DNA of 63,719 bases, filler included, from Perkinsus chesapeaki ATCC PRA-425 (lineage: Eukaryota > Protista > Perkinsozoa): assembly GCA_013115145.1 (NCBI GenBank). It is 14 parts of 14 records of this genome, joined end to end, with 100 filler letters (N's around TTAATTAATTAA, not from the genome) between each part and the next. Parts side by side here need not be neighbours in the genome. Positions count along the whole stretch, not along the records: positions 32,316 to 38,282 come from JAAPAO010001113.1; positions 38,383 to 42,023 come from JAAPAO010001374.1; positions 42,124 to 51,846 come from JAAPAO010000927.1; 11 more parts are not named here. One strand, 5' to 3'. The notes beneath the pieces are model-generated. The model made no database searches and was not told the DNA's origin. It saw only the letters and a list, made by a program, of their open reading frames with translations. Made by a program: the position numbers and the translations under genes. Below are positions 34,288-46,025 of the stretch, piece by piece (position 1 is the first letter of the stretch; every line of letters begins with the position of its first letter).

Positions 34288-36369
34288 CGGTTAAGCGGAG
34301 GCCCCGCTATCAACCACAAAGCACCTACTAAGCTTGAGGAGAAACTGCCCCCTGACAAGCACATTGACGCCGCTAAGGCAAAGGGCCACCCCTTCGACTT
34401 CCACCGGCGCAGCGACATTTCCCAAGTCGTAGAGCGAGCCCTGAATCAGGCCCCAAATGCTAACAGATGGAGAATCGAGGTGCTAAAGTTCTGTCAGACA
34501 CGGTCAAGGAGTCCACACTTACGGCAAACTACTCAGGAGCTCGTGGACTCTGACGATGATACTGTCAAACCTCTAATCAAGCACCTGAATTTGGGCCTGC
34601 TACAGGGAGATGCTTGACCACATCGACCACCCAGACCACAGCCTAGTCACCGACTTGGTCTCTGGCATGAGAGTCACCGGCACTATTGGCACCAACCACC
34701 TCTTTCCGACGACGGTGGATAAACACCCCACCGACAAAGCGACCTTCCTGTCCAACGCCTCGGCAACTCGTCAAGCTCTACAAGACTTGCACTACGACTA
34801 CGAGGAGGACACGGTTGCACAGTTGTGGCGCCAGGCCGTCGACGACGCGGGACGCGGTAGGCTCCTCGGACCATTTACCGAGGGCTGCATGCACCACAGA
34901 CACCCGCAAGGCTGGGTTTACTCCCCGAGATCCCTAAAGTGGAACCTGACAAGACCAGAGAGATAGATGACATGACCATTTCGGGGGTCAACTCACTCGT
35001 GTCAGTACCCGAAAAAGTCACCCTCGACCACATCGACGACCTCGTCGAAGCCCTGTTCCACTTCCGGAGGGGGGAGCAAGCCCGCGGTCTACAACGACGA
35101 TACTTGGTGTATAAAGGCGACCACGCGCATGCATACCGACAAGTCTGTACATCCCCGCTCGACAGGGACGTTCTGGCTGTCCGTCTACGGAACCCTGAGG
35201 ACGGCAAGTACTACTACTTTGAGCACGCCTGTCTGGCTTTCGGACACCGAGCATCGTTACTACGGTACTCGAGAGTCGCCCGTGCCATCGTGAACATCCT
35301 GAGGCATATCTTCGATATGGTGGCTTTCGTATACGTGGACGATTTCTTCGTGGTGTGCGCAGAAGACGAAGCGACACTGTGCTACAACATCTTCCAACAG
35401 CTGAATCAATGGCTGGGTTTTGCTACCAAAGACACCAAGGCCATGAAGCCAACTGACTCCCTGAAATTGCTCGGCCTGCAGGTAGAGGTGCAAAATGATA
35501 AGGTGACCCTCGACATCGACCAGCAACGAAGGGTCTCACTAAGGCAAACCTTAACTGATACACTATGCAAGGCTCGGCTGACTCCATCACAGGCATCTAA
35601 GCTCGCGGGGAAGCTAGGCTTCGTGTCAACTGTATTCAACGGCAAGAATGGTCGGGCATACCTCCGGGCCCTCTATAACCGGGTATCCACCCAACCACGC
35701 GATCTCCAAGGCAAAAGGATGGCAAACTTTAGTGCCAACAGTGACGTGGCTGTGGCACTCGATTGGTTCCTCTGGGCACTGGAGCACTGCCCACGCCGAC
35801 AAATCAGCCTCCACAACCAAAACCCCCACGTCATCATGTATACTGACGCTGAATTCTCGAAGAGGGAGACTCCCTCCAGGATGCAGAAGCACGCCTGCAT
35901 AGGCAGCGTCATAGCGATCCCAGATCACCAGAGAGTTTTCTACTTCTCCTGGGAACCTCCGGCGGATATCTTCGACCTACTGGAGCCGAGGGGGAACGAC
36001 ATACACCCCCTTGAAGCCCTTGCCGTCCCGGTTGCACTACACCACTGGCTCAACACCAACGTCCCTTTTGGTCTCCTGAACCGCCGGACGGGGGCCTGCA
36101 ACGTCACCCTGTACATCGACTCTACCGTAGCCGAAGGCACCATAAGGAAGGGCAGTAGCCCGTGCCCAGACCTGAACGCCATTGCCAAGCACACTTGGAA
36201 GATCGCGGCCGCCCATTCTGTAGGCCTGTGGACAACTACAGTCGCTTCGGCTTCCAACCCTGCGGACCTCCCCAGCAGAGGTCGGTACGAGGAAATGACC
36301 CATCTGTGCTGGACCAAGAGCGAAGCAGAGCCGGACCCGCCATGGCGATCCTGGTTGGCAAGGAGATAG
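34288..36369 (+). CDS. YR-retrotransposon reverse transcriptase-RNase H (frameshifts near 34606 and 34928)
   Basis: KTREIDDMT, KGDHAHAYRQV, CLAFGHRAS, YVDD (35332-35343), LKLLG; RNase H MYTDAE, PLEALAV, YIDST, NPADLPSR. Confidence 0.92.
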
Positions 36370-36591
36370 CGCCATCAAAGCGGCATATCAAAACCCACAG
36401 TTTCTAACCGCACAGTCACGGCTTGAGCTACACGTGGTCTACTTAAACACGGTGGTAACCACCGGCTTGGCGTATACGGCGGCAACCGCCCAATACATCC
36501 CCACACGGCCCGGGACCACCAGTCCCCCAGAGGCGCGTTTTCCTTTCTTGGTTTTTTAGGATCCACAGTCTGATTCTTAGGTTTATCGCAG

Positions 36592-37675
36592 AACGATGTA
36601 CCCAATGCCCTCGATCTACGGCGCAGACTGCTCATACTGGCCAGCATTCGAGCAAGTACTCTTCGGACCTACGTCCAAGGCATGAAGCACTACACCCGCT
36701 TCTGCAAACTCATGGGCAAGAGCCCTATACCCATTGACAAAGTAACCTTGGCACTATGGCTAACCCTGTTCCGCAGGTCATCCACCATGGACAACTACCT
36801 CACCGGAGTCAAGTTCTTCACCCGCTTGTTAACCCCGCTCTCTACGATCTCCATGGCTCCCTTCTCTGAAGACGTAGTGCGCACAACGGCAAGGACCATC
36901 CAGCAGATGTCTCCGGCGCCAGAGCAGAAACGAGGCATCAGAATTGACGTACTCCAGTCCATTCTCAGACACGCCGACGCTACTTGGACGGCCGCCTTTG
37001 ACAGTCCGGTCCCCCCCCAGTCAACTCAGAGACGCCCTAGAACAAGCCCGCCTTGCCGTGGCCTGTCTGACCGCCTATACTTGCGCACTACGAGTCCAAG
37101 ATGAGTTACTACCTCTTACCGAGAACGACATTACCTTCGGACGGAACGACTTTACGGTACATCTCATTTCTCGGAAAAACCAGAAGGGCCCTTCCTCGAT
37201 CACCCGCCCGTGCGTTTGCACGGCCGACCCCTTGATATGTGCCTACCACCGACTCAAATATCTGCGCCGAATCCTTTCCGGCCGGGACGAACATGGGCGC
37301 GGGACCGGCCGCAGTTTCGACCGCTGGTTTCCAATGTACTTGTCTACCTTTAATAGCCAGCTACGAGTACTTCTCACCCACATCGGCATCCCACCGACTG
37401 AAGTCTCGGCTTATGCCTCTCATAGCTTCCGGCGCGGCTCTACCCAGGACATCACCACTGGCGGCGGCGGGGCCACCCTGACCCAAGTCCTACGCCACCA
37501 ACAAGTGAGCAGCGCCTCCTACAAGCACTACATGATCATCCACGAAGCAGAACGCCTTGAGTTCGCCGAGCTGATGGAAAGGGTGTGCAACGGTGCGACC
37601 ACTACATCTACGATGGCCCTACGCACTCCGTCGACCGTAGGAGGTTCCCCGAGGGGAGCTAGCGGTATGCTATGA
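36592..37675 (+). CDS. Tyrosine recombinase (frameshift in C-run at ~37012-37018)
   Basis: SAM-like N-domain STLRTYVQGMKHY. Catalytic set ALR, RKNQ, HSFRRG and LRHQQVSSASYKHY (R-K-H-R-H-Y). Confidence 0.9.
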
Positions 37676-38114
37676 TGTGGTGCACATGGGCCCCCCGAGT
37701 GTCCTGCGTGGAGCCCTTTAATCCCCGCAGCCCGCTCGGTTTCTGGCACCCCATCATGTACACCACTAGTTCCCATGTATGTCTTATGTAGTTGCGTTAG
37801 TCCAAGAACACTAGTCACTGATATATTGCTGCTGATATTGACTCGAGCAGATCGCTCTCTTTGAACGTTTGCCCGTATTATACTAACATCTAGGATGTAT
37901 AAGTCGATATTGATTCAGCGGCCGGTAAGTTCATCGCTTAACGAATGCAGGTTGGTACTGCTATCGCCCAACAAGGCTGAACACTCCGAGATTAATTAAC
38001 CAGCCTCTGGTTGACGTACAGCTATGCGCTGTAGATATAAACGTTGTCGATGCGGAGAGCTCATCACCTCTTCGTAGAAGAGACTGTCTGACTGATGCGA
38101 TACACCTATAAGTA

Positions 38115-38188
38115 TACCCGATGCAGGATTCGAACCTACGACCATCTGCTCCGTAGGCAGACATTCTATCCAGCTGAACTAATCGGGC
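38115..38188 (-). tRNA. tRNA-Arg(ACG)
   Basis: GCCCGAT-TA-GTTC-AGCTGGATA-GAAT-G-TCTGC-CT-ACG-GA-GCAGA-TGGTC-GTAGG-TTCGAAT-CCTGC-ATCGGGT-A; full 74-nt cloverleaf. Confidence 0.92.
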
Positions 38189-39011
38189 GGCAACCAATCC
38201 ACAACCTTGGAATCGCTGCTCCTTGCGTGCCGCGGGACTGGATGAGCATTCGGCCAAGCCGATCCGGGGCTCCCTGTGGTAGNNNNNNNNNNNNNNNNNN
38301 NNNNNNNNNNNNNNNNNNNNNNNNNNTTAATTAATTAANNNNNNNNNNNNNNNNNNNNNNNNNNNNNNNNNNNNNNNNNNNNTAGAACAATTGTGGCTCC
38401 TTAGAACATTTGTGGCCACGGAGAGAAATTTTGTGGCCCGCGCAAAGATTTTTCCAGTGGGTCAACATCCACGATGTGCCCGACGGGGACCAAACCATTG
38501 AAGCTCAGAATGAGCGAAATTGTGCGGAACCCCTCCTCGGAGACATTGAATTTGTTGCCCCACCGGGCATGGTGATTCTTGATTTGGGAGCGGACTTTCA
38601 TCTCGGTCCTAGTCATTGTTGATGCATCTGGGGCTAAATTAAGGCAATTTGCATGTCGTTGAATTTTTGTTATTTCTATATATACAATGTATATTATACA
38701 TTTTTATAATACTTCAATTCCTCGCGAAAAATTCTGAAATTTTTTTGTTTTTTCCCCATTAAATGTGCCTCGTCGTCTCTCGTCTCCAAAGAAGAGGACT
38801 CGGCAGCTACTAGCAGCATTCATGTAACATCTTGTTCACATTGTGTTGAGTTAGAAGTGGCGTAAACGACTTGCGGTGAACCCAGTGGTCTCCCTGTGAG
38901 GCTGCTCCATTGACGTGGCATCGACACAGTGTGCTTTACATTTGTGGGAGGATTTACGCCAAATATTTTTTGATCGGGTATTTCGAATTTAAGTATTCCT
39001 CCAGTTTATCA

Positions 39012-41690
39012 ATGATTACATTCACTCGCACTCTCCACCGGACGCCTCCATTACTGCTCTGCCCAATTAGCAATTTCTGCACCCACACTGCGGAACCGTC
39101 AAGATATAAAATCGCGCTGCTCTCCGACGACACCGTCGAGCCCCTACGTAGCGGCCTTGCTTCCATTCTCGATGACAGCAGAATCCGCACGAAGTTTCCA
39201 AAGTACCTCGGATTCATCGACACCCCAGAGAAGGCGAAGGCCGCTCTTCCGTCGATGTTGGCAACTGATGCGCTCGGGGTTGACTGCGAGGGCGTCGGCC
39301 TCTCCCGCTGGGGTCGCCTATGCGTCATGCAAATTTCCGCAGGGGACACAGTCTTCGTTTGCGATGCATTGCGGTCGGGCGTGGTCGAAGCCCTGAGACC
39401 GATTCTGGAGGCGCAGCACATACGTAAAGTCTTCCACGATTGCCGAGAGGATTCTGCGGCGCTTTGGGAGCAGTTTTCGGTCAAGCTGGATGGAGTCTAC
39501 GACACACAAGCCGCTCACATGGTGATACGGGGAGCGTGTTTTTGTAGGGTGGGGTGGCGTAAATTTCATTGAATAATTGACTGTGCTTGGACACTCACCT
39601 TCGTAAGATAATTAGACGGGAAAAATCTATCCACTTTTTTGCGTCTCTACTTAGGAAATTTAGTAAAGTATGTTTTTGCGAAACTTCCGTTATTATTTAT
39701 GACTCAAATGATATCTATAAACGACAGTTCCGTAGTCATTGGAAGGAGCTCCCTTCGCTTCACTCCGACGAGGTTTTCTCGGGGCTTCTTTCCGGGTTGT
39801 CCGATATGTGTTTTACCAGGCGCTTCTACGGCAACAATCACAACAACCATATCATATCTCTCTCGACGACCTCGCTGTTAAGATCTGCGGGACTCGTTTG
39901 GGCATGATTAAGGAAGGTTCCACTGACCAAGTTGTCGCGAAAATGAATCAAGATCCAAACGTCTGGTTCTACCGTCCACTTCAACCGGATATGATATCTT
40001 ACGCCGCTCGAGATGTGATGTGTCTACCACTACTCAGAGAGCTCATGAGCTTTCGTATCGGCCTGGGCTCCGAGGGAGGTAAACAATTCATGCGTCATGC
40101 GTGGGAAAATGGAAGGTTAGTGACTTCCACAATTCCGCCATCTCCCCTCTGCGATTTTTTGCTTTGTTTTTGTCTTGCTGATTTTCACTATAGTGTGGAG
40201 TCTGCGGAAGGTTACCCCAACGAGTTTGACATTCCCCAAGTGAACAGGCATACGTTTCGCTAGGGAACTTTCTTTGATCATCTGGAATAGCTATTACGTG
40301 CCTGCACGTGGCCGTTGCTTCATGCTTGCCGCGTAACTCTCTGTTTCCGAATATTACTACTTTATTTATACTTTTCGGGGATACAATTGATGTTCCTTTC
40401 TGGTCTGGTTGTTAGATATTTCCTATCATCTCTCTTCCGTAGGAACAATTTCTGCGGAGATAGCTCGCTCTCGAGAAGCAAAAGGAATACTAGTAACGTA
40501 AATCTTTGATTGAGTCAACTTGCGCTGGATGACAACTGCTCACGCGTTGATTGCGAGCACGGGTCTCTCGGCCGTTTTTGCGAGGGTAAATAAATCCTTG
40601 CTTTTCGCATGTAATGTGTGAAATACTCCGTATTTTATAACATTTACACCGTCACTGTTCAGTTCGAAGGTGATGTTTCACTGTTGCAGTTTCATATACA
40701 CTCACGCGCGGTACATTACTGCCTCTCTCGACGAACTCCGACCTCCTCAGATCTCGGAAAATTCTGCCAAATTTTTGAGCAATATTGAGTCCGTATCGAG
40801 TCGGTGAGTGAATTCTAGAACTCAACGGAGGGAGGCATTCCAAAGATATTCGAAGCTCGTCCGCCCTTCCTAGGCTGTGCCCCTCTGGTCGAAGAGGCAG
40901 AAGTATTGCACCGTAGCGAGGAGCATGTTGCGTACTGCCTCCTGAACGGACATATCCGACGCCCACGAGAGCTCGAGAAACGAGGCCGGCGTTTGGACGC
41001 TCTTTTGACTGCCGTCAACTCCAGCGGAATGTACTGTTGAGTTCGCCCGAACAACTCTCGTACGAACAAGTTAGGTATTTTAAATTGAACTGCGGCAGAC
41101 AGGGTGTTGTTTGCCGTCCGGAAAGCATGGCAAAGATGCACGATGTTCAGGTATGTGTTGGTAGAATGAGCGCTTGCGCTCGCCTACTAGGTAGATCTGG
41201 TAGATTTGGGCATCTCTGAGCATAAGGGGTGTATCCCCTCGGTGAGAAATTTCTAGTTATCGACTGGGATTACCGTACATTAACATAAGATTTCCCAGTT
41301 GGGGAAGGTTGGCCGATATTTCCATGGAGCGCAGGAGGGTTTATGGGAATGTAAACTTTCTATTATATCTCTTACTCCGTATCACTAGTAACATATTTCC
41401 TATCAAACTCCTTTCTATTATATCTCCTCCTCCGTATCACTAGTAACATATCTCCTATTATAATCTGCTCAGGTTGGTGAAGTCGTCTCCTGTTACGTTT
41501 CTAGTTGGAACCCTTCCGGCAGCATCATCTTCCTAGAACGCTACGAACAAGGGACTCGCGAGGCCGCCATTATCGACACCACCCATGAGGTTCGCATTGC
41601 CGACGGGGAGAGCCCTGGAGGCATGTACGGTCGAAGCTCTTCACCTTTGCTGCAGAAACTCGATGAGAGGCATGGTTTCCGGCATCGATG
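39012..41690 (+). CDS. DEDDy 3'-5' exonuclease domain protein (EXD1/Egalitarian-like), multi-exon; 3' end approximate
   Basis: ExoI LGVDCEG, GRLCVMQI, ExoII KVFHDCREDS, VYDTQ, WFYRPLQPDMISYAARDV (ExoIII). Confidence 0.85.
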
Positions 41691-41873
41691 AAAATGCATG
41701 TTTCCGAGTCGCATGTGTTGTGTGGTAGTTTTGGAATTTGTCACCGAAGCGCGGTTATGAAAGTGGCAGTTTTTTGGTAGTGGCAAGCTATTAATGTGTG
41801 TTATGTTTTATTGCACCATTATTAATCATGATAACCTTGATCAAGTTGATCATAGTTATTATTACTGTCGGTA

Positions 41874-41955
41874 ATCACTATTATTACTATTATTACTATT
41901 ATCACTATTATTACTATTATCACTATTATCACTATTATTACTATTATTACTATTA
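41874..41955. repeat. 9-bp microsatellite (ATYACTATT)n
   Basis: Direct reading. Confidence 0.9.
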
Positions 41956-42204
41956 GTTTTACGTCATCAACCAACTCTCTCTCACGAAGGCGGATGGGGC
42001 AGCGCAGTGCACCCAAGCGAGCGNNNNNNNNNNNNNNNNNNNNNNNNNNNNNNNNNNNNNNNNNNNNTTAATTAATTAANNNNNNNNNNNNNNNNNNNNN
42101 NNNNNNNNNNNNNNNNNNNNNNNAACCCTTATTCCCTATCTTAATAGTATCCAACAACCCCTAGTAGAGTAGCCTAGTCATCACTTAACCCTTATTATCA
42201 TTCA

Positions 42205-44173
42205 GGTGAACATCACGTGACATCAGTTAGGCGTTTCCCGGCCTCCGGCACCTTGCAAGAAAGAGATATCCTCCGCTTGGCTGCTGGCGTTGAATCCTTG
42301 AGTCCCCATCCCCTAGCCAGCTCGGTGGTGAACTACTATACTGGTAACTTGTCGCTAATCCCATCACGTGGATTCAATCCACTGGATTGGTCAATCTATC
42401 CAGGTTGCGCGGCCTCCTATGTCGAAAGCCCGTCCACTCTGCCAGCAGTTGAGAATTTCAGAACTGTCGGGGACAATCTCGGGGTTGCCGGAACGGTCGA
42501 AGGAAAGGTACGCCGGCGAGGTCCCTTCGCCTCTCTATCGACTAGCAGGAAGTCATGATCGGCGGCCCGGCTATGCTGCGGTATCTCGGACTCGGCCTGG
42601 AGAAAATCACCGAGGGCTCGGCTTCCGTGCTGTTCGTGGTGATCGACGGGAAGGTAGGGCGCAATAGCGGCAATGACAGGTAGCCTCTGGTCAGGTGGCC
42701 CTGAGCTTGGAGCTGGAGGATCGCATTCGACCCGGTGCGCAGGAGGCCTTGAAAAGTCTGAAGAAACCAACTATGATGTTGACGGGAGACCGACCATCGG
42801 TGGCGCGAGATGTAGGTTGGATATTATTCTGTACGCTTTGAACAACGGGGAGAGAGAAACCAAATATATCATAGCGCAAGTCGCCATCTTCTTGGCTCAC
42901 CGCGTGATTGCGAGCGCTTTCTGTGGGCATGCGACTCCCGATTCTGAGAGTGTTCTGTAATCCTATTCTGTGATTCTGTATTCTGATTCTGCTACGCATG
43001 GAGGCAGAAGTGATCACTTTCGTATTGGTTTGATTCGTTTTACTGCACATTGATGGAATCGTTATCAATTCAACGGCGTCTGTTTCATCACTCTTGGGGG
43101 TCATCTTTCTATACAGAAATGTGGTTACTACGCGGACTCCGCGTCGCGGAGGTTGCTAGAAAATATGTTTCCATGCCAGAAAGACACGTGGAGCTCATTT
43201 CTGGAAGAAATGCTCCCAGGAGGAAATCACTTTCGGGAGACGACTCCCTACTATCCCTATCTCTTTTGGGAGCATCTGTTGCTCCTCTACGACTCCCTAT
43301 TATCTCTATCAGGTTGCTGCAGAGATAGGTATTGACGACTACAAGGCCGATCTCCGCCCTGGTGACAAGCTTGACTTCATCCGAGACTATCAAGCCTCTG
43401 ATCCCAAAACTCTCCCGCTCACCCATGCCAGAATGGGGTCCTCCATTCAGCACCCGGTTATGATGGTTGGCGATGGTCTGAATGACGGTCCGGCTCTGGC
43501 CTTGGCCGCTGTTGGCGTCTCATTCGCGAGCCCTTGCCGAGCTGTTTCAGAGAAGGCTGCCGATATAGTCATCACCGACCCCAATCGGGGACTGTTTCTG
43601 CTCAGCCATCTCATCGTCCTGGGCTCGCGGGTCCGCAACATCATTCGTGAAAATCTTGCTCTGGCACTATGTACCAAGGCGATTGTCGTTGCTGTTGGTG
43701 CAGCGGGTTACATCCCTCTTTGGGCGTCAGTGCTCTCGGACGGGCTATGTTTGCTGCTGGTGATGGTGAACGGTGCGCGACCATTGGACTGGAAGCCCAG
43801 CAACGCCGCAGTGATGGACAAGTTTGTCAACGAGGCGACCCAGGTTCGATCATCGGCGGTGCCCGTACCGGTTAAAGAACCGTCTTCGACAAAGTGCAAG
43901 AGCTCTTGCTGTCAAAAGGGAGCTGGAAACACCTGCTGCGGAAGCAAATCGGACAAAGCCTGTGGTGGTGCCAGTGAAAGCTTGCCGAATCGTGGCCTGG
44001 CACCCCCGACGAACGAGGTCCGATCCTGCCGTGCATCAAAATGTTGTAGTGTGCCTAATGTGGAAGGACGTCAACAACAGGCCAGCAAATGCTGTGATGA
44101 TGCGCAAGAAGCTGCGGCAGTTGGGTCTGCTAGCTGTCGCTCTAAGCAGTGCTGCAAGGCTGGTCCTAATTGA
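42205..44173 (+). CDS. P1B-2 heavy-metal (Zn/Cd/Pb) P-type ATPase, 3' half, with Cys-rich C-terminal tail
   Basis: ESLSPHPLA (N-domain), MMLTGD, MVGDGLNDGPALA, TM K (CTKAIV) and DG (LSDGL) P1B-2 signature. The tail has five CC pairs. Confidence 0.9.
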
Positions 44174-46025
44174 ATCCTTACTATTCGCCTTCACCCTTCG
44201 ATAGAGCTGCGGATTCTGGCTTGCAAATTTATTGTTCAGATTTCTCTTTTCTAATTGCTTTAATTGTTGTGTTGTTATCTGGCACTTGGGTGGAACGCCG
44301 CTCGTTGAAATGCATGCTCACAAGATGCATCGATGCGATCGTGAACGAACGACATAGTGTGCTGAACTTTACAATGACACCGCAACACGAAGACCCGGAG
44401 GAGACACACCCATCTCTACCGATGAGAAATATATCGATTCACTCGGCATCAACAAGAGAGGCAAAACCAAAGGGGAAACAATACGGATGGTCTTTGACAG
44501 ATAAACCGACCGACTTGCGTAAAGAAGTCGCGTAGCGTCTCACAGTTCGCGAACGATAGGAAAACGCCGGAGTGGAACTACCGCCATGGGGTTGTTTTTT
44601 CATGGCAAAATGATCTGTTAAACTCAAACCTCCGAAGCTACTTTGATCGGTACTTGCCAACCTGCCATTTGGTGTCTCATTAGCTCGTATACTAGGTGGC
44701 GAGATGCGCCAGATAACAGCGGACAATCTCATCAACCGATGTTCCTGAAACCTTCATGGACTTTATCGCTACCGCCGTCGGCTGATGACAAACCTCTCGA
44801 GAAGCTTCCTTCGGCGATCATACCGAGACCTGATGTGGACTTCGAGAGAATGGCTTCAAGAAACCCTGCAGGACCGGTGAGTCGAAAAGCGTCTTATCAA
44901 GGAAGTTCATTCTACAGTGTGGTTTCATGGTGCCGCTGACCAAGACGGAAAGACTTCGCCATAAACAGAGGAGTGAGCCACAACTGCATAAACCCGAGTG
45001 GCACAAGTGAGAGTTGAGAGACGTTGTGTATGTTATTATTATTCGCGTTCAGGCAACATCATATTTGCTTCTGCAAAGACAATCATCTTTACCATAAGAA
45101 CTATCGAGAATATTTTGATGTTCCTAAGAAGCTGTTGTGGTAAAGAAGAGGACTCATGTTCAACTGTTATATCTCGATACCACGGTGTTCAAAAGCTTTC
45201 CGGTTTTGTGTTCGGAAGGAGTTCGAACAGAGGGAAGAGTGGAATGTAGCTGAGTAGATCTGTCAGATTGGCGTGCCTGGCGTCAAAGCCATCGGGTGGC
45301 TGGTGTTTGTTCGTCCCTTCCTTCGCAGCATCGGGAAATCATTGTTGCTGCTGGTCGGTTTCACAACCAGCCCAACACTGTCTTCTCGAAAATTATTATA
45401 TTCAACCAATTATCGTACCCGCTTCTGTTTAACGATTGGAAGGGCAAGCAAACAAGCTCAGTCTGCGCGTCCGGATTTTGATCAGAGCGTCCTAGTTCCC
45501 AACTATCCCACAGCGAAAGGTCAATCAGAAGAATTGTAACGGTCCCTGTTCCCGGACTTAGAACTGAATCAAGTGTATACGATATGTGTTGCGGTTAAAC
45601 GAGGAGGTAAGGGGGAAGCCCATATGGCTACACCAGTGGTCTTGAACCACTACTGAACACGACCCTTGGCCGTCGTCGCATGGACACTCGCTCGCCCGTA
45701 ATATATACATAGTTGTGCCACACACCTCTGGTGTGCAACAGACATGTTCTCCCTGCGGTACGCGTATTTACTCTACACACAACAAGTTGTGCTCCGCAAA
45801 CAACAGGGACTGTTGATAAGTTGAACCAATATTAACTTGAACTCAAAAAGCCACTATGGCAGAAGCGCGTGCAAATATTACTTCGTCGATGCAGCCAATA
45901 ACAGTAATAACAGTTTTAAATTAATATACCATGAAAAGTGAGAAATGAATGATAGTTAACAGCAGAGGGTAGTGGAGGGAGCAACAACATATTCACGATT
46001 CGGCAATGCTACAACAGTAAGAGAT

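Larger units (their letters stand above)
33082..37675 (+). mobile_element. Tyrosine-recombinase (DIRS-order) retrotransposon: gag, RT-RNase H, YR
   Basis: Three consecutive intronless coding blocks in canonical DIRS order. Several single-base frameshifts. Terminal repeats not identified. Confidence 0.92.

Noticed and set aside
33082-37675. Frameshifts as programmed Perkinsus-mitochondrion-style recoding at G/C-rich codons
   Set aside because: Shifts are mixed -1 and +1 in a nuclear element with no common codon; homopolymer sequencing error or decay is simpler.
42880-42902. Relict dinoflagellate/Perkinsus spliced leader (GCCATCTTcttGGCTCA vs CCGTAGCCATCTTGGCTCAAG)
   Set aside because: Only two short blocks with an insertion, inside an intron rather than upstream of a start; compatible with chance.
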